From Chloroflexota bacterium (lineage in GTDB: Bacteria; Chloroflexota; Anaerolineae; Anaerolineales; UBA11579), in the NCBI GenBank assembly GCA_019456165.1, contig VRUJ01000002.1, positions 54,794 to 118,793 on the forward strand: 64,000 nt of DNA, read 5' to 3'. The notes under the pieces are model-generated. The model was given only the letters and a program-made list of their open reading frames with translations, was not told the DNA's origin and ran no database searches. Position numbers and translations under genes: made by a program. Shown here one piece after another: positions 40,614 through 50,259 of this stretch (within the stretch, counting starts at the first letter, position 1; every line of letters starts with the position of its first letter).

Positions 40614-41609
40614 ATGATCGACCGTGTATCTTTATATCTGCAGGATTCGCATGACTTGAGAGATGGTTTGGAATATGCCGCATATGCGGAGAAGCGTGGT
40701 TTTGAGGCGGTATGGCAAGCAGAATCCCGCCTTGTACGCGACGCAATTGTGCCCATGGCCGCTTATGCTGCCGTTACAGATCGTATTAAGGTAGGTTCGG
40801 GGGTGATAAACAACTGGACGCGCAATATTGGTTTGCTTGCCGCCACCTTTCTAACCCTGGATGATCTGGCTCCTGACCGCATCATTTGCGGCCTGGGAGC
40901 CTGGTGGGATCCGCTGGCGAGGAATGTGGGGATAAACAGGCGCAAACCACTCACCGCCATGCGCGAGACGGTAGACGTTTTACGCCGCTTGTTGAATTTG
41001 GAGCGCGTAACCTTTCACGGCGAGTTTATCAATGTAGACGAGATTGAACTTGATATCGTTCATGGGCGCAGAGAACCGCGCAATGTTCCTATCATGGTCG
41101 GTGCCACAGGACCAAAAATGATGGAGTTGACCGGAGAAATTTGCGACGGGGTTGTGCTGAATTATTGTGTGCCCCCGGATTACAACGATCATGCCCTAGA
41201 ACAGTTGGAGATTGGAGCAAAAAAAGCCGGCAAAACTCTGGATGACATTGATAGACCGCAGTTGGTCGTTTGCTCAGTAGACCACGATCACGATGTGGCG
41301 CTTGATTCCACACGCGAGCTGCTAACCCAATACTTAGCCCAACAACCTCATATTGCTAAAGCATCTGGAGTATCGCAAGATGTGGTTGCTGAAATTCAAT
41401 CTATCTTGGGTTGGCCGGCCACACTCGAACAGATCCAGGCTGCCAAACACCTTGTACCCGAAGAACTGATATACCGCATAACTGCATCTGGAACGCCAGA
41501 TGAAGCGCGCGCCAAAGTCCAGGAATACATCAACCACGGCGCTACATCTACGATCTTGTATCCCGTAGGTGGGGATGTAAAACTTCTGATCGATACTTTC
41601 GCTAAATAA
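40614..41609 (+). CDS. LLM-class (Mer-like) probable F420-dependent oxidoreductase
   Basis: [37 protein letters not shown]; AGGAGG RBS; follows cofC. Confidence 0.88.
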   Translation: MIDRVSLYLQDSHDLRDGLEYAAYAEKRGFEAVWQAESRLVRDAIVPMAAYAAVTDRIKVGSGVINNWTRNIGLLAATFLTLDDLAPDRIICGLGAWWDPLARNVGINRRKPLTAMRETVDVLRRLLNLERVTFHGEFINVDEIELDIVHGRREPRNVPIMVGATGPKMMELTGEICDGVVLNYCVPPDYNDHALEQLEIGAKKAGKTLDDIDRPQLVVCSVDHDHDVALDSTRELLTQYLAQQPHIAKASGVSQDVVAEIQSILGWPATLEQIQAAKHLVPEELIYRITASGTPDEARAKVQEYINHGATSTILYPVGGDVKLLIDTFAK

Positions 41610-41618
41610 GGATAACAA

Positions 41619-42095
41619 ATGACCAAACTCCCCAATTCACTGCATTGCTTTGTCTGCGGGCTTGAGAATGAGCAAGGACTCAAACTCACCTTTTACTCAG
41701 ATGGTCCTGACAGGGTAGTGTGCAATTACACGGTACCTGAACATTTCCAGGGGTACCCGGGAGTAGTACATGGGGGAATAGTCTCTACAATGTTGGATGA
41801 AGTATTAGGGCGAGTGTTTATGAACGAAGATCATGATCGCTTCATGTATACTGCCCGTTTGACCACGCGTTACAGGAATCCTGTTCCGGTCGGACAACCT
41901 TTGCAAATGGTTGGCAGGGTAATAAAGGATCGCAGGCGGGTGGCTGAAGCAAAAGCGGAATTATTTGGACCGGAAGGGAAATTACTTGCAGAAGCTGAAG
42001 CCCTTCTCGTCAGTTTGCCCCCAGAAGTAATGGATTCGGGCGATCTCGAGGCGTTAGGCTGGAAAGTTTATCCTGATGAGGAGCCAGCTGGATGA
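41619..42095 (+). CDS. PaaI family thioesterase
   Basis: CFVCG...GL, QGYPGVVHGG...LDE hot-dog motif. Confidence 0.9.
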   Translation: MTKLPNSLHCFVCGLENEQGLKLTFYSDGPDRVVCNYTVPEHFQGYPGVVHGGIVSTMLDEVLGRVFMNEDHDRFMYTARLTTRYRNPVPVGQPLQMVGRVIKDRRRVAEAKAELFGPEGKLLAEAEALLVSLPPEVMDSGDLEALGWKVYPDEEPAG

Positions 42096-42853
42096 TATTG
42101 GAGTATCATCGTCCAGATACCCTGGAGCAGGCCTTGGCATTATTAGCACGCTCTAACCCCACCACTCTACCTATGGGCGGAGGCTCAGTTTTGAATGCGC
42201 CATCGGATGAGGAAGTAGCCGTAGTCGATTTACAAAATTTGGGTTTAAATGTGCTCAAATTGAAAGGCAATAAGCTAAATCTGGGAGCAGCACTTACATT
42301 GCAGGGGCTGTTGGATAATCCAGATATTCCAGATGCGCTTAGCAAAGCCATTCGACACGAGGCAACTCACAATCTCAGGCAGGTGGCCACAATTGCAGGA
42401 ACTTTAGTCGTATCGGACGGCCGCTCTGCCTTCACCAGTTGTATGCTGGCGCTGGATGCTCAACTGATCTTGGAGCCTGGAGCTGAAGAGCTTGGGTTGG
42501 GAGATTTACTGCATATGCGTACCGAAAAATTACCCGGTCGTCTTCTCACCCAAATCGTTATTCCTATGAATGTTAAATTATCTTATGATTATGTGGCCCG
42601 CAGCTCTGCTGATTTACCCATCGTATGTGCCGCGGTAACGCAGTGGCCTTCTGGACGGACACGCGTAGTTCTCGGAGGGTATGGGTCGGCACCAACCCTG
42701 GCTCTAGATGGACCGCAAGCCGATGGATGGCAAGAGGCTGTGCAAAATGCCTACGGCCAGGCCGGTGATGATTGGGCTTCGGCGGAGTACCGCTCGGAAA
42801 TCAGCGCTGTCCTTAGCGCACGTTGTTTAGAAAATATTGCAATTATAAAATAA
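42092..42853 (+). CDS. Molybdopterin dehydrogenase FAD-binding subunit (YgfM/XdhB-like)
   Basis: YHRPDTLEQAL, MGGGS, RQVATIAG, ASAEYR. Confidence 0.88.
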   Translation: MILEYHRPDTLEQALALLARSNPTTLPMGGGSVLNAPSDEEVAVVDLQNLGLNVLKLKGNKLNLGAALTLQGLLDNPDIPDALSKAIRHEATHNLRQVATIAGTLVVSDGRSAFTSCMLALDAQLILEPGAEELGLGDLLHMRTEKLPGRLLTQIVIPMNVKLSYDYVARSSADLPIVCAAVTQWPSGRTRVVLGGYGSAPTLALDGPQADGWQEAVQNAYGQAGDDWASAEYRSEISAVLSARCLENIAIIK

Positions 42854-42857
42854 TCCT

Positions 42858-43025
42858 ATGAGAAATAATTACGTGGCAGACCTACATGGATTTGACCTAA
42901 TTGAAGAATGTGAAATTCCCGAATTGAATTCTAAAGGTCAAATCTTGTTTTTAGGCTCTCAGGAAGCGATAGAAGCAGCTAATGCGGAACGCGATGGCTG
43001 GCTGGATGTGAAGAAGGTGTTGTAG
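42858..43025 (+). pseudogene. 55-aa ORF resembling the joined N- and C-termini of a presequence protease (M16C); probable internal deletion
   Basis: Hand translation MRNNYVADLHGFDLIEECEIPELNSKGQILFLGSQEAIEAANAERDGWLDVKKVL; both halves resemble PreP termini as recalled. Confidence 0.6.
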
Positions 43026-43094
43026 GCGTAGAGCTTCAAATCTTTTCTAAACCGGAAAAGATGAGGCCTAATTCCGACAGTACTTGGAAATACA

Positions 43095-43749
43095 ATGCAA
43101 GAAAAAAAACTATATCCGTACCGAAAATCTATTCGTTTGCTGGGATACGATTATTCACTGCCGGGTGGATATTTTGTTTCCATATATAACGAAAAAACGT
43201 GCCAATTTTTTTTAAAGCGAGGTTGTGTTAGAAGAGATGAAGTTGAATGACGCAGGGATTATGGTCCAGGAGCAATCGTTAATGTTGCCGGAACGATTCC
43301 CGAATCTCCAGTTAGATGAATTTATCGTTATGCCGGATCATTTTCACGCGAGATTGTTTTTGAACGCGTCTGAGATTGGGGCGGAGGACACTGAGCAGAC
43401 GACCACAAGTGTCGGCTATTCCCAAGAGATGGAAGGACGGACGACCACAAGGATCGCACATACGCAAGGAAAGGCAGAACGGTCGACCCCAAGGGTCGCC
43501 CATACGGAAGATACGAGTGAATCAGAGATAAAAATTGTAATCCCTAAATTGGGGCAGATAATTGGCGCTTTTAAGTCGATCACCACAAATAGATATATTA
43601 ATGGGATAAAGTATAAGGGTTGGGAAGCATTTGATAAGCAAATCTGGCACCGTAATTACCATGACCGGATCATCCGAAATGGGAAAGAATTGAAAAATAT
43701 TCGTAAATATATTCGCAATAACCCATTTCAATGGAAAAAAGAGAACTAG
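43095..43749 (+). pseudogene. REP-associated tyrosine transposase (RAYT), disrupted
   Basis: RKSIRLLGYDYS...YFVSI in one frame; frameshift near 43185 and TAA at 43213-15; then MPDHFH (HUH) and WHRNYHDRIIR...YIRNNP. Confidence 0.88.
43393..43506 (-). repeat. Three degenerate REP copies at 42-nt period inside the RAYT coding region
   Basis: Best copy on the minus strand reads GTATGGGCGACCCTTGGGGTCGACC; copies start at 43393, 43435, 43477. Confidence 0.8.
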
Positions 43750-43760
43750 GATGAAAATAC

Positions 43761-43785
43761 GTACGGGCGGGGCTAGTTCCCGCCC
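43761..43785 (+). repeat. REP hairpin downstream of RAYT
   Basis: GTAC followed by GGGCGGG-N7-CCCGCCC. Confidence 0.75.
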
Positions 43786-43824
43786 ACTTTCTACAATGAT
43801 TAAACCTTGGAACAAAAGATCAAA

Positions 43825-46821
43825 ATGAGTATCAATCTCAACGTAAACAGCAAATCTCACGAAATCGATGTAGCCCCAGGTGAGAGCCTTTTAAAGGCCT
43901 TACGTGCAGAAGGTTATTACGGGGTAAAACAAGGCTGCGATACTGGTGAATGTGGGGCATGCACAGTCCTAGTCGATAACCGCCCTGTCAATGCATGTGT
44001 GTATTTGACCAGGCAGGCAGAAGGCAAAGAAATTGAAACAATCGAAGCCTCTGGGGAGCATCCAGAGCAAGGTTGGAAACTAACAGAAGGATTGCATCCC
44101 TTGCAACAGGCATTTGTTGCCGGAGGGGCAATCCAGTGCGGTTTCTGCACACCGGGAATGATCCTGGCTGCAAAAGATCTGCTTACGCGTAATCCTAACC
44201 CCAGCGAAGCTGAAGTACGCGAAGGAATATCTGGAGTTTTATGCCGCTGTACCGGTTACGTTAAACCGGTTCAGGCGATATTGCATGCTGCCGCGGTACT
44301 GCGAGGGGAAGCTGAACCTGGAGAGATGATCACACCTGATGATATTGATGCTCTATTCATTTCATTACCTGAAAGCCCAGCCCAGGAAACCAGCGAAGAA
44401 ACCCAAACCAGTGTCCAGGTGCTGCCTAAAGTTTTGATCGCCCCGCAAACCAAAAACTGGAAGCATGTCGGCCAGCCCGAGCAAAAAGTCGACGCGGTTA
44501 AGTTAGTGCAGGGTAAACCCGCTTTCGCCGCTGATTTCGAGATACGCGGTATGCTTATTGCAAAAGTGTTGAAAAGCCCGTTAGCCCATGCACGCATCAA
44601 GCATATCGATGTAAGTGAGGCGCGTGAACTGCCGGGGGTTGCAGCAGTATTGACGCATAAGGATATTCCCCGCGTAGTCTATTCCACGGCAGGGCAGTCG
44701 CATCCCATACCTGGGCCTTTGGATTCGTTCTCATTGGATAACAAGGTCCGTTTTGTGGGGGACCGCGTTGCTCTTGTAGCCGCGGAAAATTCAGAAATTG
44801 CAGATCAGGCGTTGAAATTGATAAAAGTAGAATATGAAGAATTGCCCTCCCTGGTTGATTCGCGCTTAGCGCTGGACAATGAAGCGCTGCTCCACGACCA
44901 GCCGGAATACGTCGATTTTGCCGAATCTGACGCCAGCCGCAATTTAGCCGCACGCTTGCACATAGACATCGGCGATGTAGACCAGGGTTTTGAGGCCGCG
45001 GACCATATCTTTGAGCATGAATACAGCGTTCCCAAGGTACAACAGGCAGCCATCGAGCCTCATGTAGTGATCACTTATTGGGATGAAGATGACCGCCTGG
45101 TGATTCGCACTAGCACACAGGTGCCTTTCCACGTGCGCCGCATATTAGCACCGGTATTGCAGTTACCCTTAAAACGCATCCGGGTGGTCAAACCTCGTAT
45201 TGGTGGTGGTTTTGGAGGTAAGCAAGAAGTCTTGATTGAAGATGTGGCCGCTCACTTGACTATCGCCGCCGGGAGGCCGGTAATCTTTGAATTTACCCGC
45301 CAAGAAGAGTTTGTAGCTGCGCGTCCCCGACACCCCATGCACATCAAGATGAAAACCGGAGTGAAGGAAGACGGTACCATAACAGCTAATGAAATGTATT
45401 GCCTGGCGGATACAGGCGCATACGGCAGCCATGCGCTGACAGTTACCGGTAATACAGGCGCAAAAGCTATGGCAATTTATGTCGGAGATGGGGAATATCG
45501 CCAAAATCCCAATATCCGTTTTGTAGCCGACATCGTCTATACCAACACCACGCCGTCCGGCGCGTTTCGAGGGTATGGCGTGCCTCAAGGATTTTGGGCG
45601 GTGGAACGCCACATGGAACGAATCGCGCGTGAATTAGAACTTGACCCTATCGAGTTCCGCATGAAGAACGCCTTGCGCGAAGGCGAGCTGCAGCCCTTTA
45701 GCACCGCGTGGAGCGAAGGCCGCGAGCCTGTCCCGGAAACTATAGAAACCAACGGGTTGGAAGAGTGTGTGCGCCAGGGACGCGCCGCAATTGGTTGGGA
45801 TCAGAAATTCGGAATTGAAGGATGGCACCAGGTTTCAGGTAAGCCTACGCTCCGCAAAGGGATTGGGATATCCTTGGCCATGCACGGCACTGCGATTCCC
45901 TATCTGGACATGGGTGCTGCCAGCATCAAGATGAACGATGACGGCTCGTTTAATTTAATGGTCGGAGCGACAGACCTGGGCACCGGCTCGGATACAGTGC
46001 TTGCCCAAATGGCTGCTGAGGTCTTGGGTGTCCCCTTGGAAGATTTGATCGTGTATTCTTCGGATACCGATTTCACCCCGTTTGATAAAGGCGCTTACGC
46101 CTCCAGCACAACCTACATCTCCGGCGCAGCGGTGGTTGGGGCGGCGCAAAAAGTTGCGGATCGACTTACATACCGCGCGGCTTTGATACTTAACGAACGC
46201 GGGGATGGCCCCGAAGTTAACCCAAGTGAGATACGTTTGGCCGACCGCCGGGCAACAACCCAGGACGGCCGTTTCGTGACCCTGGAGGAGATTGGACAGC
46301 ATGCGCTGCACCAAGGGGAACAGGAACAGATTATGGCGGTTGATTCCTACGTTTCTCCGGTTGCCCCCCCGCCTTTTGCCGCCCAGTTTGCAGAAGTGAC
46401 TGTAGATATAGAAACTGGGCAAGTTGTGGTGGATAAGCTGGTCATGGCGGTTGATGCTGGAATTATCATTAACCCGGTCACTGCCGGAGGTCAAATCGAG
46501 GGGGGCATGACGCAAGCTTTAGGCTACGCTGTTTGCGAAGAAATGATCTACGATGATAAGGGTGTCTTGCGGGAGCAAAACTTGAGGGACTATCACATTT
46601 TTCAAGCTAATGAGATGCCGCAAATGGAAACCATATTTGTCGAAACTTTTGAACCTTCGCATCCTTTTGGCGTAAAGGCGGTGGCTGAGATACCCACGGA
46701 TGCTGTTGCCCCGGCGGTAGCAAACGCGATCATGGATGCTTGCGGCGCAGATCTCAATGTAATACCCGCAACACCTGAACGAATTTGGAAATCGCTCAAA
46801 GAATCAGCGGAGCTAAAATAA
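43825..46821 (+). CDS. xdhD: Xanthine dehydrogenase family fused 2Fe-2S and molybdopterin subunit (XdhD-like)
   Basis: GCDTGECGAC, QCGFCTPG, CRCTGY, GGGFGGK, AFRGYG, DKGAYASS, KAVAE; follows ygfM-like gene, same cluster as ssnA. Confidence 0.75.
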   Translation: MSINLNVNSKSHEIDVAPGESLLKALRAEGYYGVKQGCDTGECGACTVLVDNRPVNACVYLTRQAEGKEIETIEASGEHPEQGWKLTEGLHPLQQAFVAGGAIQCGFCTPGMILAAKDLLTRNPNPSEAEVREGISGVLCRCTGYVKPVQAILHAAAVLRGEAEPGEMITPDDIDALFISLPESPAQETSEETQTSVQVLPKVLIAPQTKNWKHVGQPEQKVDAVKLVQGKPAFAADFEIRGMLIAKVLKSPLAHARIKHIDVSEARELPGVAAVLTHKDIPRVVYSTAGQSHPIPGPLDSFSLDNKVRFVGDRVALVAAENSEIADQALKLIKVEYEELPSLVDSRLALDNEALLHDQPEYVDFAESDASRNLAARLHIDIGDVDQGFEAADHIFEHEYSVPKVQQAAIEPHVVITYWDEDDRLVIRTSTQVPFHVRRILAPVLQLPLKRIRVVKPRIGGGFGGKQEVLIEDVAAHLTIAAGRPVIFEFTRQEEFVAARPRHPMHIKMKTGVKEDGTITANEMYCLADTGAYGSHALTVTGNTGAKAMAIYVGDGEYRQNPNIRFVADIVYTNTTPSGAFRGYGVPQGFWAVERHMERIARELELDPIEFRMKNALREGELQPFSTAWSEGREPVPETIETNGLEECVRQGRAAIGWDQKFGIEGWHQVSGKPTLRKGIGISLAMHGTAIPYLDMGAASIKMNDDGSFNLMVGATDLGTGSDTVLAQMAAEVLGVPLEDLIVYSSDTDFTPFDKGAYASSTTYISGAAVVGAAQKVADRLTYRAALILNERGDGPEVNPSEIRLADRRATTQDGRFVTLEEIGQHALHQGEQEQIMAVDSYVSPVAPPPFAAQFAEVTVDIETGQVVVDKLVMAVDAGIIINPVTAGGQIEGGMTQALGYAVCEEMIYDDKGVLREQNLRDYHIFQANEMPQMETIFVETFEPSHPFGVKAVAEIPTDAVAPAVANAIMDACGADLNVIPATPERIWKSLKESAELK

Positions 46822-46868
46822 GGAATACTACAGCATAATAGCATTAATATCGATATTAAAAAAAATTT

Positions 46869-47348
46869 ATGCTAGCGAGGAGAAAAATACAGTTGAATAA
46901 TCTTGTTTTAGGCATTATTGGAGCGCTTGTCACGGGGATGCTTATCGGTACCCAATCCTCTATCGGCAGCAGAGTTGGCGAGGTAATTGGACCCATCCCC
47001 ACGGGAATAGTGATGAATATGTTTGGGGGCATGCTGGCAGGCTTACTTTTTATTCTACTGAGACTCAACCAAGGATCGCATGCCTGGCGCATTCCAGGCA
47101 AAGAAATTTGGTTGCTAATAATTGCTGGGGCTTTAGGGATAATGATCATCACGGGAGTGTCATTTTCTTTGCAGCGCACTGGCGTAACCGCGGGCATAGC
47201 TGCGCTTATCCTGGGACAATTGCTAGTTTCAACAATGGTTGATACAACCGGGTGGGGGGGAGCCGAACCGATCCCGTTGAGCGGCCAGCGTATTTTGGGG
47301 TTGCTCGTTATGGGAATAGCGGTTTACTTGCTGCTTCCAAGGCAGTGA
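46869..47348 (+). CDS. DMT family transporter (YdcZ-like)
   Basis: About five TM helices, GQLLVSTMVDTTGW. Confidence 0.8.
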   Translation: MLARRKIQLNNLVLGIIGALVTGMLIGTQSSIGSRVGEVIGPIPTGIVMNMFGGMLAGLLFILLRLNQGSHAWRIPGKEIWLLIIAGALGIMIITGVSFSLQRTGVTAGIAALILGQLLVSTMVDTTGWGGAEPIPLSGQRILGLLVMGIAVYLLLPRQ

Positions 47349-47378
47349 GGCTATTGTGAACCGCAGATAGGTGGAACA

Positions 47379-47876
47379 ATGATCGTAATTAAAACTCTCT
47401 TATTCATGCTCTTGATGCCCGGTACTTTCATGTTTTTGATCCCTCTCAAATTGGTTGAGCTAGATACAGCTTTTCCTGTCTTAAGCCTTGGTGTGCTTGT
47501 TTATCTCGGCTGGCTGCTGATCCTCGTAGGCTTAAGTATTATGCTCTCCAGCGCCTGGGATTTTGCATTCAAAGGCCGCGGCACCCCAGCGCCCATCGAC
47601 CCGCCCACAGAGTTCGTCGCAGTTGGTATGTACCGCTATGTGCGCAACCCGATGTATGTCGGAGGCATTTGGATCGTCTTGGGCTGGTTTTTGGTGTATG
47701 GCGCTTCCATTTTGCTGCCCTATCTTGCTTTTGTATTCTCCGCTTTCCACCTATTTGTGTTGAAATACGAAGAACCCACTTTGCTGCTCACTTTCGGGGA
47801 AACCTACTCCCATTATTGTGCACAAGTGCCGCGTTGGCTGCCGCGCATAAAAGCAGTTAAGGATGAATTACTATGA
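47379..47876 (+). CDS. Isoprenylcysteine carboxyl methyltransferase / PEMT family membrane protein
   Basis: GRGTPAP, GMYRYVRNPMY, EEPTL, VPRWLP. Confidence 0.9.
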   Translation: MIVIKTLLFMLLMPGTFMFLIPLKLVELDTAFPVLSLGVLVYLGWLLILVGLSIMLSSAWDFAFKGRGTPAPIDPPTEFVAVGMYRYVRNPMYVGGIWIVLGWFLVYGASILLPYLAFVFSAFHLFVLKYEEPTLLLTFGETYSHYCAQVPRWLPRIKAVKDELL

Positions 47877-48674
47877 AAACAATCGTAATTACGGGTAGCA
47901 CAAGGGGTATTGGCTATGGATTGGCTGAAGCCTTCCTGGTGCGCGGCTGCAATGTGGTGGTCAGCGGCAGGACGCATGAGGCGGTGGATCAGGCGGTTAC
48001 CACACTGGCAATCCAACACACTTCAGAGCGGGTATTGGGCAAATCATGCGATGTGAGCGATTTCAATCAAGTGCAAGCGTTGTGGGATGCCGCCAAAGAC
48101 TTTTTTGGACAAGTTGATATCTGGGTCAATAATGCCGGATTAAGTTCCACATTGATGGATTTCTGGACATTAGAGACTGAGCGAATAGATAGCGTAGTTG
48201 GAGCTAATCTTCTAGGCACCATGTACGGTTCTAAGGTCGCAATTACAGGCATGCTGGACCAAGGATTTGGGGCGCTGTACAATTATGGAGGGCGCGGGCA
48301 GTATTGGACGTGTGCATCCTGGCATGACGCTTTACGGGAGCACCAAACGCGGTGGACGCCATCTGATCGAGGGTTTGGCTAAAGAATTGGAAGATTCACC
48401 CGTGATCGTTGGCGGGCTCAGCCCTGGCATGGTTGTATCGGGATTATTGACCGACCAACGTGAACGCAATCCGGAAGAATGGGAAAGCACCAAACGCATC
48501 TTCAACATCTTGGCAGATAAAGTAGAAACCGTAACCCCATGGTTGGTTGATAGGATGTTAGAGAATAAGGAGAACGGAGTGAGTATCCGCTGGATTACGC
48601 GGGGAAAGATGATGCTGCGTTTCCTCAGCGCGCCGTTCCGTAAACGCGATTTGTTTGCTGATTTGGATACCTAA
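47873..48674 (+). pseudogene. SDR oxidoreductase split by a +1 frameshift near 48283 (true pseudogene or sequencing error)
   Basis: TGSTRGIG and NNAG in ORF1; YGSTK and SPGMV in ORF2; deleting one T from TACAATTATGGAG gives continuous YNMEGAGS. Confidence 0.85.
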
Positions 48675-48736
48675 TCACTAGGGAAAATATCGAAAATTGT
48701 CTAGGCCGAAGCTTCGTCAATACCCATACCTCTCCC

Positions 48737-50227
48737 TTAATCATCATCTTCTCTGCCAGTTGGATGGCACTCCATACAATCTTGATAGTTAGTTATGCCT
48801 TCTTCGCGATGTTCTCGTTCAACCTTTGAAGCGTCATGTTCATGACAGTTATAGCAAGTGTATGTTGAATAAGCAGGGGATGCATTGGAAGGGTGGCAGT
48901 TTGAGCACTCACCATTTGAATTTTCGTGTTTTAATGGGAAAGTGTGATTGAAGGTTGCCCCTCCCCAGGTGTTCGTGCTATGGCAATCTGAACACTGACC
49001 TTCAAAATGATTGACAGGTGTTTCCGGAGTATGACAAGAAATGCAGTTAGTAAATCCTGCCAGGTTGTGGTCGATAGCTGCACCTTGCCAGGTGGTAGTG
49101 TTGTGGCATGCCGAACATTGACCTGCAAAATGATTGGCGGGGGTATCCGGGGAATGGCAAGATATGCAGTTGTTCGTATTTCCAGTTGAGTGATCGAAAA
49201 CTGCGTACTCCCAACCGTCGGCCGTATGGCAGGCGGCGCAATGCAAACCGAAATTTGCATTATGAATGTCCTGCTCCTGATGACATTCAACGCAAGATTG
49301 AGGTGTTCCTCTGTATTGATTTTCAGAGTGGCACTGCATACAATCCACACTCACGTGGCGGCCTTCAAGCGGGAAATTAGTCTGGAAGTGATCCAGGTCT
49401 GCCTGCTCCCAACCTTCGGGGTTGTGGCAGGCGTCGCAATTTTCCCCTAATTGGCCGGTATGAATATCATCCTCGCGATGGCAGCTTAAACAATCTTGAG
49501 GGGTAGTTTCTAAAGCAAGCATAGATGCAGCGCCAATATGGCAATCCCCGCAGCCTAGATTTGCATGCTCGCCATCTAATGGAAATGGCGCTCTGTCATG
49601 GTTGAAGGCACGCGTATAGGTATCGATTCCGTCGTGACAATCCAGGCACGCTGTGCCGAAGATTTCTGAATGTGTGTTCAGGTAAGTGGGTTCCAATTCC
49701 AGGTGGCAATCTGTACAAGCGATTAGGTTGAAGTTAATAAAGGAATCCCTGTGGCAATCAATGCATTCAAAAGCAGACTGATCTGCCATCCATTGATGTC
49801 CTTGAAGTGAATAACTAGTTACTTCATGCGGGAAGACGCCATCTCCAAAAAATGTGAGCGATGCAGCGCTTCCCTGGTGCTCCATGTGACAATCTCGGCA
49901 AATAATTAGATTATCTTCGTCCAAAACATAGCCGTGTAAAGATTGGGGGTTTCTCAATTGATCGATGATGTCCGTGTGACATGTGACACAACGTTGAGCC
50001 ATGGATTCCGAACTCCAGGGGGAGGAGTGGCATAAAGAGCATTGTCCATTTGTCTCACCATGAGAGTAAACACCGCCCAATATTTGCTCCCCAGTTTGGG
50101 CGTTGAGATCACCGGGACTAAAAAGAGTCCCGCCAAAAGTAAAATAAAACCCGATTATTACAACCAAAGTTATAATCGATGCAAAGATACCACTTATCGA
50201 TAGGCAGCCAAGGGGTTGTTTGTTCAT
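48737..50227 (-). CDS. Membrane-anchored multiheme cytochrome c (19 CxxCH)
   Basis: 19 CxxCH motifs counted in 496 aa; N-terminal TM helix; FPL-x-G-x-H repeats. Confidence 0.95.
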   Translation of the reverse strand: MNKQPLGCLSISGIFASIITLVVIIGFYFTFGGTLFSPGDLNAQTGEQILGGVYSHGETNGQCSLCHSSPWSSESMAQRCVTCHTDIIDQLRNPQSLHGYVLDEDNLIICRDCHMEHQGSAASLTFFGDGVFPHEVTSYSLQGHQWMADQSAFECIDCHRDSFINFNLIACTDCHLELEPTYLNTHSEIFGTACLDCHDGIDTYTRAFNHDRAPFPLDGEHANLGCGDCHIGAASMLALETTPQDCLSCHREDDIHTGQLGENCDACHNPEGWEQADLDHFQTNFPLEGRHVSVDCMQCHSENQYRGTPQSCVECHQEQDIHNANFGLHCAACHTADGWEYAVFDHSTGNTNNCISCHSPDTPANHFAGQCSACHNTTTWQGAAIDHNLAGFTNCISCHTPETPVNHFEGQCSDCHSTNTWGGATFNHTFPLKHENSNGECSNCHPSNASPAYSTYTCYNCHEHDASKVEREHREEGITNYQDCMECHPTGREDDD

Positions 50228-50259
50228 TATTTATTTCAACATTTCTGGAAACATAATAA

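Noticed and set aside
43393-43506. Possible mini-CRISPR with 42-nt period
   Set aside because: Repeats are degenerate, spacers only about 12 nt, and they lie in frame within a RAYT; better explained as REP relics
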